Shown here: positions 1 through 12,100 of the stretch, one piece after another | How the letters are laid out: every line of letters begins with the position of its first letter | How positions within the stretch are numbered: the stretch's first letter is position 1 | Assembly: GCA_036630325.1 (NCBI GenBank) | Contig: CP142731.1 | Location: 1,116,001-1,180,000 of the forward strand | Direction: 5' to 3' | DNA length: 64,000 bases | Source of the DNA: Vairimorpha necatrix | Taxonomy: Eukaryota | Translations under genes and position numbers: made by a program | The notes under the pieces: generated by a model | The model's database searches: none | Told to the model about the DNA's origin: nothing | What the model saw: the letters and a program-made list of their open reading frames with translations, nothing else

Positions 1-1989
1 TATCTAGAAAAGTATTAAAGCAAACTATAAAGAGGAGAGTTTCGCTTTGTCTCACATGTTATTAATGTCCTTTTGCAAACATATATAGATATATTTTAAC
101 AACTGTGAAAAATTTTGCCGAAACATATTTGTAGTTCTCAACAAAGTCTAAGAATTTCAAAGTAGAAAATTTTAAATGAATCAAATAAAATTTAACTACA
201 ATGTTTAGCTATTACGATTGGCTTTTTAGTTATAAATGTTATTAATGTTTTGTTGTGTTTCCGGTTAACTACAAGTGGGCCTTGATGATAGGTTTAATGG
301 CCATACATTGAATAATCACATTATTTGATGTTCTTATTTCTAAGACCTTGAATATAATGATATAAAATTGCAAGCTATGAAGACTTCAGATAATCTAGAA
401 AAAACAATATTAAAACATAACATAGCAAAAACTATCTAATATCTCATATTTTATTATAAAAAATATCATATTAGTTCTTATCACACTTTTTTTTATTTAA
501 AAAGTGCATATCTTAGTTTCATCTTATTATGTTAAAATAATATCAAATATAAATTAATGTTAGAATTGTTCATTTTAGCGCGTTAAATTTGCTAATACTT
601 TTATTTTACTTTCAATATATAAAACCAAGTTACAAATTATCGTCAGAATCGTTTTTCAGAAAAAATTAAATATTTGCCGTAAAGTTGTAAAAACCTTATA
701 AAATGAAAAATTAACTAAACAAGTTGTAAGAAGTGTGATACATGTCAAATCCGATAGTATCCATCTTGAGACATTAGGCTGTCTGTCTTTATATATTTTA
801 TAATAAATGAACTTATGGGTTTTGTACTCAAACAAATTGGCGATAAGGACAAAACTTCTTTTTTTAGAAATGAAAAGAAAAATGTTTCACAGAAGTTTTA
901 GAGGATTTCCTAGGGGTATCGAGGTTAAGCTTATAAACCTTTTTGAGATGGTTCATAAAGAAGATTCAAGGGACTGGATAAATTCACAACCAATAGGACT
1001 TTGGCTGGATAATTGATTATATCATTTAAAGAAAGATTTTTTTAGTATAATGCAGATAAAAATATATCGTAAACTTTCTGCTTATTGATACCTTGGGGCT
1101 CGTTTTTAATTATCTGGATAAGATGGTGGAACTAACACGCAAAGGTAATGTTCCTGGAAGTATATTTATTGCTTTTGAGTTAAAGGGGCACCCAATGATT
1201 TACAAATATTGTTCTAGTAAATAATAATGAGAATAATCTTGGGGTTACATTTACAGAGCTTTGAGTAATATGAAGCTCGAGAATGTTCGTAAATATACAG
1301 AAGTGGTGCGAGGAGACTCTCGGAGGTATATGCCCACAAAAGAAAGGTCTTGCAGAAAAATGACGAATAAACAGAAATGAATGGAAAATTTTTGTTGTTT
1401 TTTTGTTGTAAAGGGGGTCAGATAGTTGCAAAATTAAAATTAAATACCTTCCGTAAGAAATATTAGAGCCGCGAAACAGGCCACAGAGAAGAAGGAAGAT
1501 CATTAGAAAAACAATTCTAATAAATTTTTTTATATTTAATCCGTGTCGAACCTTAATGACATAAGAACAACGCTTATAGCCGCATCATAAAGCAATTTAA
1601 AAATAAAATTCAATGTAATTTTTATACAAAAGCCGATTTAAATCCGATTAGACTTCAACTGTTGCAGAATGAAAATGTTGTTAATATTTCGAAACTTAGC
1701 TCTGAGCATCAAATGAATCAAAGATAAAAACCATTGTGGAAACGATAGCTAAAATCATAATCGAAGAGATGGTAATAAAAGATAGTTTATTTTAACAAGA
1801 GATATCACAATACCATGATCATAGGACATGCGCTACTCGATAAATACAAAATAAGTTTAAGATTTGGGGATAATAGAATCTTGACAAATGGCAAAGGGTA
1901 AAGACATAGACTACAATGAAATTATCACAAAAGATGATAAACCAATACTATCACAGTTATACAAGCTGGGTAGCAAAAAAGAAACATAG

Positions 1990-2260
1990 CATCGAAAATG
2001 ATAAAAGCATTGTCCGAGCTTTGGAATTATCAGCCCTAGTGAAAGTGCATGGAGATGTCCAGTAATTTCTGCTCAAAAAAATGAAGATAACACGCTATGC
2101 GTGGATTATAGAAGACTGACTGACTCAACGACCGGAGACGCATATTCAATGCCTCAAGTATAGAATTTAAATGGCTTATAAGCCGCTACATTCTTACAAA
2201 AATGAACACTGAATCGGGATTTCATCAAATTAATGTAGCGCCGTGTGATATAAAACGCTA
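1990..2260 (+). pseudogene. Degenerate Ty3/gypsy reverse transcriptase relic (probably part of an older decayed element extending upstream)
   Basis: Manual translation gives GIISPSESAWRCPV..LCVDYRRL..DAYSMPQ and ESGFHQI, which match the gypsy RT motifs S.W.SP, CVDYR.LN and SGYHQI. Stops and frameshifts are present; boundaries are approximate. Confidence 0.7.
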
Positions 2261-2325
2261 TTTTTTATTTTTATGGTTTTTAAAAAAAAGTACCTGAAAA
2301 CCGAGAAAAGCAAAAATTTATGATA

Positions 2326-2374
2326 TGTGATATATTTGTATAATTTCTATCCCCCATTATGATAAATAAAGACA
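2326..2374 (+). repeat. 5' LTR of copy A (49 bp)
   Basis: TGTGATATATTTGTATAATTTCTATCCCCCATTATGATAAATAAAGACA, identical to 5496-5544. Confidence 0.95.
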
Positions 2375-5300
2375 TGGGGGCGATACCGAATCGTCAGTTT
2401 ACAAGTGTGGACTGTGGTCTAGAGGCCAAAAAGTTAATAAAGGAAGTTAGAAGAATAATGTATAGGTTGGAGATGGAGGAAGTAGAAATCAGTTTGTGGA
2501 AGCAGAGAATATTTATGGAAGGAAGTGAAAAAATAAAAAATTTCATGGTAGAAAGAATTAGTAAAGAGGACGAATATTATAAAATAATTGAGAAATTAGA
2601 GGAGGAAATATGTAGAGAAGAAAGAACTAAAAAAGAAGAAGAAAATAGGAGAGAACTTATGGAGGTCATAGCTGAGAATGTTAGAGAAACTGTGAGAAAA
2701 GAAATTCAAGAGAAAGATTTAGTTTTAAGGAATACAGTACAAGAAATAAGAAATAATAGGAATTGTTTTAATTGTGGTAAATTTGGCCATATGGCTAGGA
2801 ACTGCTATTTAGGAAGGAACAATAATCAGAAAAATAATAAAAAGTTTAATAAGTACTTAAATTTAGACGAAAACCAAAGTTGTAGTAGCAGTAATGATAA
2901 TAAAGAATATAAACCAAGTGGAAAGACAAAACGAGTTAAGTTAAAGGAATGTAATAATAGTGATAGAAGACATAAAGAAAGAATATATGCGAGCAATAAA
3001 GAGACGAAAAGAAGATTACTGAAGAGGGAATTTACGTTGGAAGATCTCAAAGCGGAATATGAAGAAGTTTTTAAACAAGGAGATGAGGTTATAAGTTATT
3101 GTACATTAGAGAAGTGTAAGATAGATACTCCAGAGGGTAAGAAGATAGTCAGAAAGGGACAGACGATCCCACAGGCTTTGATCAAACAGACTGAGGAATA
3201 TATTAATGATTTAGAAAATAGAAAAATTATAAGAAGATGTCTTCGGAATGGAGAAACCCAATAAGAGCGATACTTAAACCAAGTGGTGAAGTAAGAGTAG
3301 TTAGTAATTTTATAGGGTTGAATGATTTAGTCGAGAAAGACCCGTATGAGCTAACGAATATGAAAGAAATAATAAGAGCTACGCAAGGGTCGATAATATT
3401 TACTGTTGTTGATTGCAAAGAAGCATTTTACCATTTTGAAATCGAAGAAAAAGATAAACATAAGACGGCGTTTGAATTTAATAAAAAAGTTTACGAATGG
3501 AATAGTATGGTGATGGGATACAAAAATTCCCCACAGATACTACAGCGAACGATGAATAAGATTTTTGAAGATTTGCGAGGAAATGGTGTTGATGTATACA
3601 TGGACGATATAGTAATACATGCCAACAATAAACGTAAACACGATGAATTAGTAATAGAGGTTTTAGAAAGAATTAAGAGAAATAAAATGAAATTAAATAT
3701 TGGGAAAATACAGTTTAGATAAGCGGAAGTAAAATTATTAGGTGTGACGCTGAATGGAATAGACATGACGGCCGACGAAATAAAGAAAAACGAAGCCTTG
3801 GAGTATCCGGATCCAAAAACTTTGACTGAATTGAGGAGGTTTCTAGGATTGACTGGATGGTTCAGACCATTTATAAAAGATTATGCCGGGCTGACGTTGA
3901 AAATGACAGATAGTTTGAAGAAAAATGGCAATTCGTGGAAATTTACGGAAGAGATGAAAGAGGAATTTACTAAAATGAAAAATGTGTTAAGAAATATGGG
4001 AAGACTAAGGTTACCGGACTATAATAAGGAGTTCATACTAAGAACAGACGCTAGCAATTTGAGATTGGGTGCGGTGTTACTTCAGAAGAATGAGAATGGG
4101 GAATGGGTTGCTATACAATGGGCATCTAAAAAGCTAACACCTACCGAAATAAGATATGGAATACCAGAAAAGGAAATGCTTGCGATATATTGGGGCATTG
4201 ATAAATTTAAATACGAGTTAAGAGGTAGGAGATTCAAGATAGAAACGGATCACAAAGCACTGGTGGAGATAAGAAATAAACCGTTTTTCAATAATAACAG
4301 AATAAATCGTTTAATCGAGAAGATACAGGAATATGATTTTATCGTTGAATATAAAAAACCTGATGAGATGGTGGTAGCAGATGCGTTGAGTCGAATAAAT
4401 ATGGAAGAGGATATTAAAGAAATGAAAAATAAAGAGCGAACAATCAAGCAAACAGAAGGTAAATGGAAAGCACATGTTTCTTCCGAGAATGGAAAGCAAT
4501 ATTGGCAATTTGACTCAGGACGTAAAGTTGAAATACCACCTGAGAATATAAGGAGACAATTAATCCAAGAATATCATGAAAAAGTAGGCCACAGATGCAT
4601 GACAAGTGTTTATTATGCAATGAGAGAAGAATACTATTGGCCAGGAGTAAAGAAAGAAATAAACGAGGTTATAAAACAGTGTCAGAAATGTCAGATATAT
4701 AACAGGAAAAATATGGGTGGTTGTGAATTTGTAGATACGTCGAGATACTTAAAGAAGGTTGCATTAGATTTGATAGACTTTAGAAATGAGAAGAAATATG
4801 TTTTAGTTGCTATCGATTATTTTACACGTAGAGTATGGGGAGTAGTTATAAATAACAAGTCAAGTAATAATGTTGTTGGATTTTTGAAAAGATTATGTGA
4901 GCAAGGGAAGAAACCAGAAGAAATTATTACAGATAACGGGAAAGAGTTTATTAACGTGGAATTTAGAAAATTTTGTAGAGATCTCGATATAATACACCGA
5001 CAAGTAAGTATAGAAGCGCATAGAAGTAACGGAAGAGTAGAGCGTGTTATAGGAACTTTGAGAGAAAGTATTTTAAAGTCGGATGCGAAAACTTTTGAAG
5101 GTAAAGTGTATAAAAGTATCGATATATATAATCAGAGCTATCATACGGGAATAAAATGTACACCATTAGAAGCGACTGAAGATAAAACTGGAGACGTAAT
5201 GCTTGAAAATAGCCCTATAGGGAAATATTGTAATAGGTTTGGAAAGGGAAAGATCGAAAAATTTAATAAAGGTCAATTGGTAAGAATAGCTAAACGAGAA

Positions 5301-5471
5301 AATTTAGCAGGTATTAATAAGTATGAAAAAGGAAGATTTTTGGATACAGGAAAAATTGTTGAAAAGTGTGGAAAGGATTCTTATATTGTAAAACTTAGTA
5401 ATGGTAGGCCTGTGAAGAAGAGACATTATGACCTGAAGGGTATGCTTGGGGTAGATGTGAAAATTAGATGA
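2359..5471 (+). pseudogene. gag-pol of copy A (CCHC knuckle, RT YMDD, RNase H TDAS, integrase HHCC/DDE), disrupted
   Basis: Three ORF pieces (2359-3264, 3237-3722, 3744-5471) are collinear with the intact ORF of copy B. There is a frameshift near 3237 and an in-frame TAA at 3720-3722 where copy B has Gln. Confidence 0.9.
2375..2392 (+). promoter_or_regulatory. Primer binding site, tRNA-Pro-like
   Basis: TGGGGGCGATACCGAATC lies directly after the LTR. The TGG-G-GGC start resembles known tRNA-Pro PBSs, and the first 13 nt are identical in copy B. The tRNA identity is inferred. Confidence 0.75.
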
Positions 5472-5495
5472 GACTAACCGTCTTGAGGGGGGGGA

Positions 5496-5544
5496 TGTGA
5501 TATATTTGTATAATTTCTATCCCCCATTATGATAAATAAAGACA
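5496..5544 (+). repeat. 3' LTR of copy A (49 bp)
   Basis: Exact repeat of 2326-2374, preceded by the PPT and followed by the TSD TGATA. Confidence 0.95.
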
Positions 5545-5959
5545 TGATATTTTAAAAAAACCCCAAAACGACAAAAAAAATCTTTAAATTTTAGGCATCC
5601 TTTGTTTTCTAGCCTTGCCTAGTATAAGACTACAAAAATAAAACTGGAGTTTTTTTACTGTACTGGACGGCGTTGCTCTTGTGATTTTGTTGGAGCAAAG
5701 CTATATAATATGGAAAAAGTAAAGGAAAGATTAGTATATAGTTGTATAAAACGAAAATGGAGGGCAAAAAACAGATTTTTTTGACATTAAGTTATTGCAG
5801 AAATTTATTTTTTGTTTTGCTCTCGATTCTTTGTCTAGCAAATAAAGATTAATTTTTAGTCTAACGGGTATGACAAATCTAATATTTTATAAATAAGCAT
5901 AAAAAAAAGGAAACATATTGGAAAGACACTGGAAAATAGTTAAAAAATCGGCCGATTAA

Positions 5960-6310
5960 AGAATCAAAATTAAGTTGATACGATTGTATTGAGCAGAAGA
6001 ATAAATTTTAGAGCTTCATCTAGAGCTGATGATGAAATTAAAGATACTGTTTGGATTTTGGGGTTGTTAGAAGTAGTAAATAAAAAAATTGTATAGTTCA
6101 AGTCTTAGATCGGAAGAAAAACATTTGATAAGAATAAAAGAAGATATAGTCTTAAAAGCCAGTTCTTATTTCTGATTGCTATCTGAGTTAACCTGGTGTA
6201 GCAGCAAATCTTAATCTTAAACACATTTTTAAAAATTATTTAATGGAATTTACTCTATAAGAGCAGATAATACCAAAAACATTGAAAATTTTTGGTATGA
6301 TTAGAAATTA
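5960..6310 (+). pseudogene. Merlin/ISXO2-like (IS1595 family) transposase relic
   Basis: RASSRADDEIKDTVWILGLLE and SDCYLS*PGVAANLNL align with DDIITDTVWILGIVE and SDGHPSYLSVAQNL of the 25.3-26.3 kb element. Confidence 0.7.
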
Positions 6311-7028
6311 TTAATTGGTCCGGAGTAAAACGGTGGATTTCGATATAGATTTTAGATTTTACTATAAGAAAAAATAAATAAAATATGTAAGTAATAACAT
6401 GGAGCCCGATATTTTATATTTTTATTAAATTATTTTTGATATTTTTCTTCAATTGTTGCTGGTTCATTTTTTGGAAACCGTAAAACAGAGAATCTTCGAT
6501 AAAACAGTATTTAAATAATCTTCACACTTTCTATTATGACACATTTCAATATTTTTTTAGCTGTGCACGTCTGTATAACCTTTGTAAATTTGATTGTAGT
6601 AAAAACTATTTCTTTCTTTCTTGAGGCGTTTATATCTTTCACAGAGGATAGAATGTTCTCTAGGCGTAATGTTAACTATTGGGGCTATAATAGCGGTTAA
6701 CTCTAATATAATTAATAACAGTCTCGAGTTAACTACTCTAAATCGAAAAATTCTCTTAGATCTCAAAATTAGACTGCACAAGACACTTAATTAACTTTTA
6801 AATAATTCTTTTAGCCAAAAAAAATGTTTTTTGTATTTTTTATTTATATTTTAATACTATTTTATTTGAGGCTTCTGGCTTTTTATATAAATTATCTTGT
6901 GTTTTATAGTGTATAGACCCCTACAATACCATATTTTTTTTCTGTTGAAATACTTTCCGATCTAAAAAATTCAAAACTCGATTCTGCCATTTTAAAAAAC
7001 GATCGAAGATCTATGTAATATTTCTAAA

Positions 7029-7230
7029 AAATTTTATAGATACTAAATGCTTTTTCAAATCAAAATAATTATGTAAATTTAGTGATGTTTTTTTAAATTT
7101 TATAGATAAAATACATGCTTTTTCAAATCAATATAATTATGTAAATTTAGTTATTTTTTTTCAAATTTTTTAGATAAATATATGCTTTTTCAAATCAAAA
7201 TAATAATGTAAATTTAGTGATTTTTTTAAA
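7029..7230. repeat. Tandem repeat, about 67-bp unit x3
   Basis: The core TAGATA..ATGCTTTTTCAAATCAA.ATAAT.ATGTAAATTTAGT is repeated three times and abuts the stop codon of the minus-strand gene. Confidence 0.9.
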
Positions 7231-8488
7231 AAAATTTTTTAGGGCAATAACGATGACGCCTGTAACATCTCATCTTGTAGAATCCATTGTCGATATAATC
7301 ATTATCAAATCTTCTTCCTGACTCGCCAATCTCGCTATTTTTTCTTTTGTCTTTCTTACTAATCGAACTAAATCTCAATTTTGATTTAAAATCAGCTTCG
7401 TAGGCTTGAGTTTTAACATCTGTATTTTTATCAATATTTTCTTGTGATATTAGACGGTATTTTTCATTTTTTTGATTATTTTCTTCAAAAGAACTTTCGC
7501 TCATTATCTCTTCATTCAAAAATCTTTTCTCTTCATATTCTTCAAACGATTCCGCATATTCGCTAGAATCTTGCTTTTCCCAAGAATCTCTTTCTTCATA
7601 TTCGACTTCGAGATTGTCTAACATATCTTCATATTTAAAAATAGCTTTTTGTGCTTCTTGTTTTTTCTTTTTGTCAGATTTGAAAAAATAAATACATTTT
7701 TCATATACAAAATTTGTTATGTAATTTATAAATTTTGAAAATCCATGATTACATAAATAATTAAAAACTGGGAATATAGCTATCGATGCATATGTATGAG
7801 ATCGCATTGCAAGGAGCACTACCGAATGCGTAATCAATAATTCCGATTCCTCATTTTTTTTTATATTTTCGAGGATTTCATTTGCATTTTCCTCTCTTGC
7901 CTTTTTTCTTCTGGCTTTTTCCATTTCTTCAAGGTTTTTTGTACAATAAAATGTTCGCCATCCAAAAGGAACAGTATTATATAGATTAATCCCTTCAAGT
8001 ATCTTGGATTTTCTGTCATTTGGTATATATGGCAACACTTCTGATCCTTTACTGTATTTAAGAGCACATAATAAATCAAATTTTATATAACTAAAATCCG
8101 CTTTGAATTTTTCTTTTTTGTATTTTTTCGTCAAAAACAAAGATGCTAATATAGGACTTGTTGATGTAATTAATTCTAAAAGAATAAATCGAGGAGTAAA
8201 ACCCAATTCTATATTCATAGCCAAACGTAAACAACCCAATATCCATTCCCGTTTTATTCCTTCTTCTGTTAGCTCTTGCTCTTTTTCTAATTCCTTTTTG
8301 ATAATTCTATCAAAATCTTTATTTTTACGTAAAGCTGTCCAAATTGGAGAGCAAAACAAATAATAATCTTCATTAATTTTTTTCTTAGCAAAATTTCTTC
8401 TTTCTGTGAGATTTTCTTGTTCAATGGTATTCAATTGGAATGATGTGATGATAAATGTCGTAATTATAATATAATCAAATAAATTCAT
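7226..8488 (-). CDS. Lineage-specific putative secreted protein (420 aa), paralog of 13714-14814
   Basis: Long ORF. The ATG at 8488 follows CCCC (the track start at 8503 is TTG). Hydrophobic N-terminus, acidic C-terminal region and motifs shared with the paralog. Confidence 0.85.
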   Translation of the reverse strand: MNLFDYIIITTFIITSFQLNTIEQENLTERRNFAKKKINEDYYLFCSPIWTALRKNKDFDRIIKKELEKEQELTEEGIKREWILGCLRLAMNIELGFTPRFILLELITSTSPILASLFLTKKYKKEKFKADFSYIKFDLLCALKYSKGSEVLPYIPNDRKSKILEGINLYNTVPFGWRTFYCTKNLEEMEKARRKKAREENANEILENIKKNEESELLITHSVVLLAMRSHTYASIAIFPVFNYLCNHGFSKFINYITNFVYEKCIYFFKSDKKKKQEAQKAIFKYEDMLDNLEVEYEERDSWEKQDSSEYAESFEEYEEKRFLNEEIMSESSFEENNQKNEKYRLISQENIDKNTDVKTQAYEADFKSKLRFSSISKKDKRKNSEIGESGRRFDNDYIDNGFYKMRCYRRHRYCPKKFF

Positions 8489-9949
8489 TCCAATGGGGTG
8501 CAAATAAATTTTTTTTAAATATTTCGAAAAATTTTATCAATATACCAACACCCTATTTTTTAAATTTTTGGTTAAAAAACGAAGTCATATAATAATATTT
8601 AAATTACAGGTTTGATTTTAATTAATCTACTATAATATAACCGCGGAATTATAGACGCTCAGTTCAAGCAAATACTGATTTTTTTATAAGAATGATTGAT
8701 AGCATAAATTTCATTGAACGATTTGTTTCTATCTTTAGCTGAATATTTCTCATCATAATGCTAGTACAAAAAAAGGCTTTAAATCGAAAAATTTTTATGA
8801 AAAAATGACAATGATTAAAACAAAGAGTTGATCAAAGAGAAAGGAAAATGAGATCCGTCATAATTATCAGAGAAGTATTGAAGCACATCATAAAGAGGAA
8901 TGTTTCACTTCGCCTCACGTGTTTTTTTGTTGCAAACATATATTTAAAATTTTTAACAACTAAGAAGAAACAAGTCATAACTTTTTCGTTTGTCGTCAAA
9001 ATCAAAAGAAAATTTACTAGTAGGTTTTTTATATAAAAAATTATAAGACAGATTACATTTTCAGGTATGCGATGATGATTGTTATGTCAAGAATATACCT
9101 TTATTTTTTCGTGATTTGTTGTCCGTGTAAATAAAAAGTGACTTTTAACAATTATTTTTTGACTATCCGACGAAATAATCACATTAGACGTTATTTTTTT
9201 CTTTATTTTCGTAAAATCTGGACACAACGAGATAAAATTGCAAGATAGAAAGTACACTTTAATTGCATGGTAGAAAAACAATATCAAACATCTTATTAAA
9301 AAAGTAAATCTAATTCACATCATCTGTAAAGATAATACGTGAATCGGTCTCGGAATTCAATTTCCAAATAGACTCTATTTTACGTTTTTTGATCGATAAT
9401 AAAGATAAAACAACTTACTAGTATATAAATGCCTTAACAATGTCAAAATTGCAAGTCATATAGTTGCAAATGCAAATTAGATTCTTAATAAAAATGCTAG
9501 TGAAATGAAATAAATATAATAGGAGAAAAAAGAATAGAGACCTGGAATTTTTGCTTCAATTATTGTAATTAAAGAGCATTGATAATAGAACTAGTCTAAT
9601 AAGTTGTGTTAAGTGGGCTACAAACTAAATATAAGGGCTGATTTACACAGGACCAGATGCATATTCATAAAACCAGAGTTATTACCAGATCAGGCTCGTA
9701 TTAGTATTTTGAAAACAGCTTAGAAAAGCTATATAATTTAAGTTAATATTGATGAAGAACAGTATAAAAGATACAATTCTAAAATAATTGTAATTAATAT
9801 GCGCTGATACAATGAGAGCCATTGAGACTTATGGAAATAGAACATTTATTTCTTGCAAAGCAAAATTATATAAAATCAGAGAACGATGTAACTGAAATTG
9901 AACCTGGATAAATGGGGAAGGTTAAGGATCTGGGTTATTATATTATCAC

Positions 9950-12100
9950 AAGAACAAAAAAATTACTTTTTTAATGAAAAATAAGTTGAACCAAAGATGA
10001 TATCTCGTCTAAAATTATAAAACACGTAAACGCGGAATTATAAAATCAAGTGAAAGCCAAGAAGAGTCCGACAATAATAGCTTTAACAAAGAATAGATGT
10101 CACAAGTTATGTTGTCGATTATTGAAAATTAAAAGATGCTGCGGTTAAAGACGCATATGTAATGGTTTGCCATCAGAGCTGATTTATACATTAGAAGCAG
10201 CCACCCATTTGACTAATTTGGATGCTGAACTGGGACATCTCTGTTAGATACGGCGCATGTATTATTCATAGACAGCCTTTATCTATAAAAAGTATGATTT
10301 TAATTTATATACATCATTTTATTGTTTTACAAATTGTATGCACAGGAGCTCGCGTTGATAAATTTTAAGAGAATTTTTTTTAAAATTGTTCATGTATACA
10401 TATATAATGCACCTATATGATGTAAAACAAAAGAAGATCATAAAAAAGATGTAAAAGAGTATAGGAAAAACTTAAACCAGCAGAATTAAAACCTAACTAC
10501 GAGAGTTGTGAATTCATAATAAACTTGAAAAGTTTTAACCAATGCAATAATTTGGAAGAAATAAGAGTACACGAAGAAAAAGTTAGGAATAATCAACAGC
10601 TACCAATTACTAAAGGTAAAAAGAAACCACAATATTTGTTGGTCTTGTATGGTTTTTGTATTAAATTGATATAAATTGTCACAAAGTAGTTAGACCTCTA
10701 TTTGATATAATCGGGCTCAAGAATGAGGATGCATTAGTTTTTTGCAAAGTTAAGTAAAAAAAATTTGCAAGGTAATTGAGGCAGCAAAATAGGCCACGAA
10801 GAGAACGGCATTACCGACATACTCAATTGAAAAGATATAATTATTTTATCGGCGTACAATTAACTGGAAGGATGTAGTATCTCTAGCCATGTGAATACAA
10901 ATAAATAAACATGTTTTATCTTTAAATCTCCTATATCTTCAATAGTATGAAACTATCGCGCGTACATTCAAAATTGTTGGTTATAGTGTATTATATCTAA
11001 CACCTCGAAGAATATTTCTACACAGAATGAATTTAACTTAATAACACAAATTTAGGAGGTTAAAATTTTTACTAGTATAGAAATATTAAAGCCTTTTTAT
11101 CTAAATTGTCGTTAATGGTACAGAAATACGATTTTAATATCGAATAAACCATAAAGTTTTTATAAATCATACAGATTTAAAAAACATTATTTAAAAAAAA
11201 TATAGATCAGTTTTTTTTAAAACAAAAAAGTTTTTCGAATGTAAGATGTTGGTACAATAAAATTTTAAAAAACTTAAAAAGAATATAAAGTATATTATTG
11301 ATCAAAAATACAATTAAATTTTATAATAAGAAACACATAAAATTATGTTTATTATTATATTAGGTTAAAAGAAACCTCTCTGGGTGCTATTTCAGACATT
11401 TTACTTTAGACGCAAAAAAAAATAGTGAAGTTTTGATATGGGCATGTAAATCTCTGCGATGGAGCGATTAAGAATTAAAAAATATATTAATTCAGTTTTT
11501 TTCTAAAAAATATAAAACTTATTGCCGATTTATGAAAAAAAATACGAATACGTTTTTTTTGTATAAAAACATATAGTCAGGAAATAGTATGTGTAGATTC
11601 TTTTTATTTGATAATGGCAAAGAATATAAAAAATTGTTTATCACGTGCAAGACAAACATTTTTACATTGATTAAAGACATTTCTAATATCTACGCAAATG
11701 TTTCTGGTGTAAAGATTATATATAACGATTGGCATAAATCGACAAAATTACCTTAATTATAGGATTGATAAGCAAAGGAACCTATCGATAAAAGCCTATA
11801 GTATTTGTTTATTTGGCCAAAAGATGTGCTCTAGAGAATTATAACGGACTTAGTGTTAAATAGTATGTTTTATAGAAAAGATTGCCGCTAGCAAAAAATT
11901 ATAATGAGTTAATGATAAAGAACATACGGAATTGGAAGCTTATAAACGTGAAAAGAAAGTTAAAAATTAAAAACCACATAAAGATGGTAGAAAGAGACTG
12001 TTATTATTATATTCTATTAATAAGACGAAATCTCTGGCCTAAACGAAAACTAACAGTAGAGAAAGCATTAAGTTTTTAAAAGTCTTGTTAGTTAGTTAAA
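9950..12100 (+). pseudogene. Highly decayed Ty3/gypsy pol (RT, RNase H, integrase remnants)
   Basis: Fragments KDAAVKDAY, LEAATHLTNLDAELGH, MVQKYDFNIE, RIITD and KMVER occur in gypsy order with many stops. Boundaries are approximate. Confidence 0.55.

Larger units (their letters stand above)
2326..5544 (+). mobile_element. Ty3/gypsy LTR retrotransposon, miniature protease-less type, copy A (3219 bp; ORF disrupted)
   Basis: Identical 49-bp TG..CA LTRs at 2326-2374 and 5496-5544; TSD TGATA at 2321-2325 and 5545-5549; PBS from 2375; PPT GAGGGGGGGGA at 5485-5495; domain order gag-CCHC, RT, RNase H, integrase. Confidence 0.97.

Noticed and set aside
807-1503. Short ORFs 807-1016 and 1180-1503 (also 6557-6781, 8848-9287, 34151-34405, 48800-49509, 54127-54318)
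   Set aside because: No recognisable motifs or start context; probably chance ORFs or TE and pseudogene debris.
7029-7230. CRISPR-like array
   Set aside because: Contiguous tandem units without unique spacers, no cas genes, eukaryotic context.
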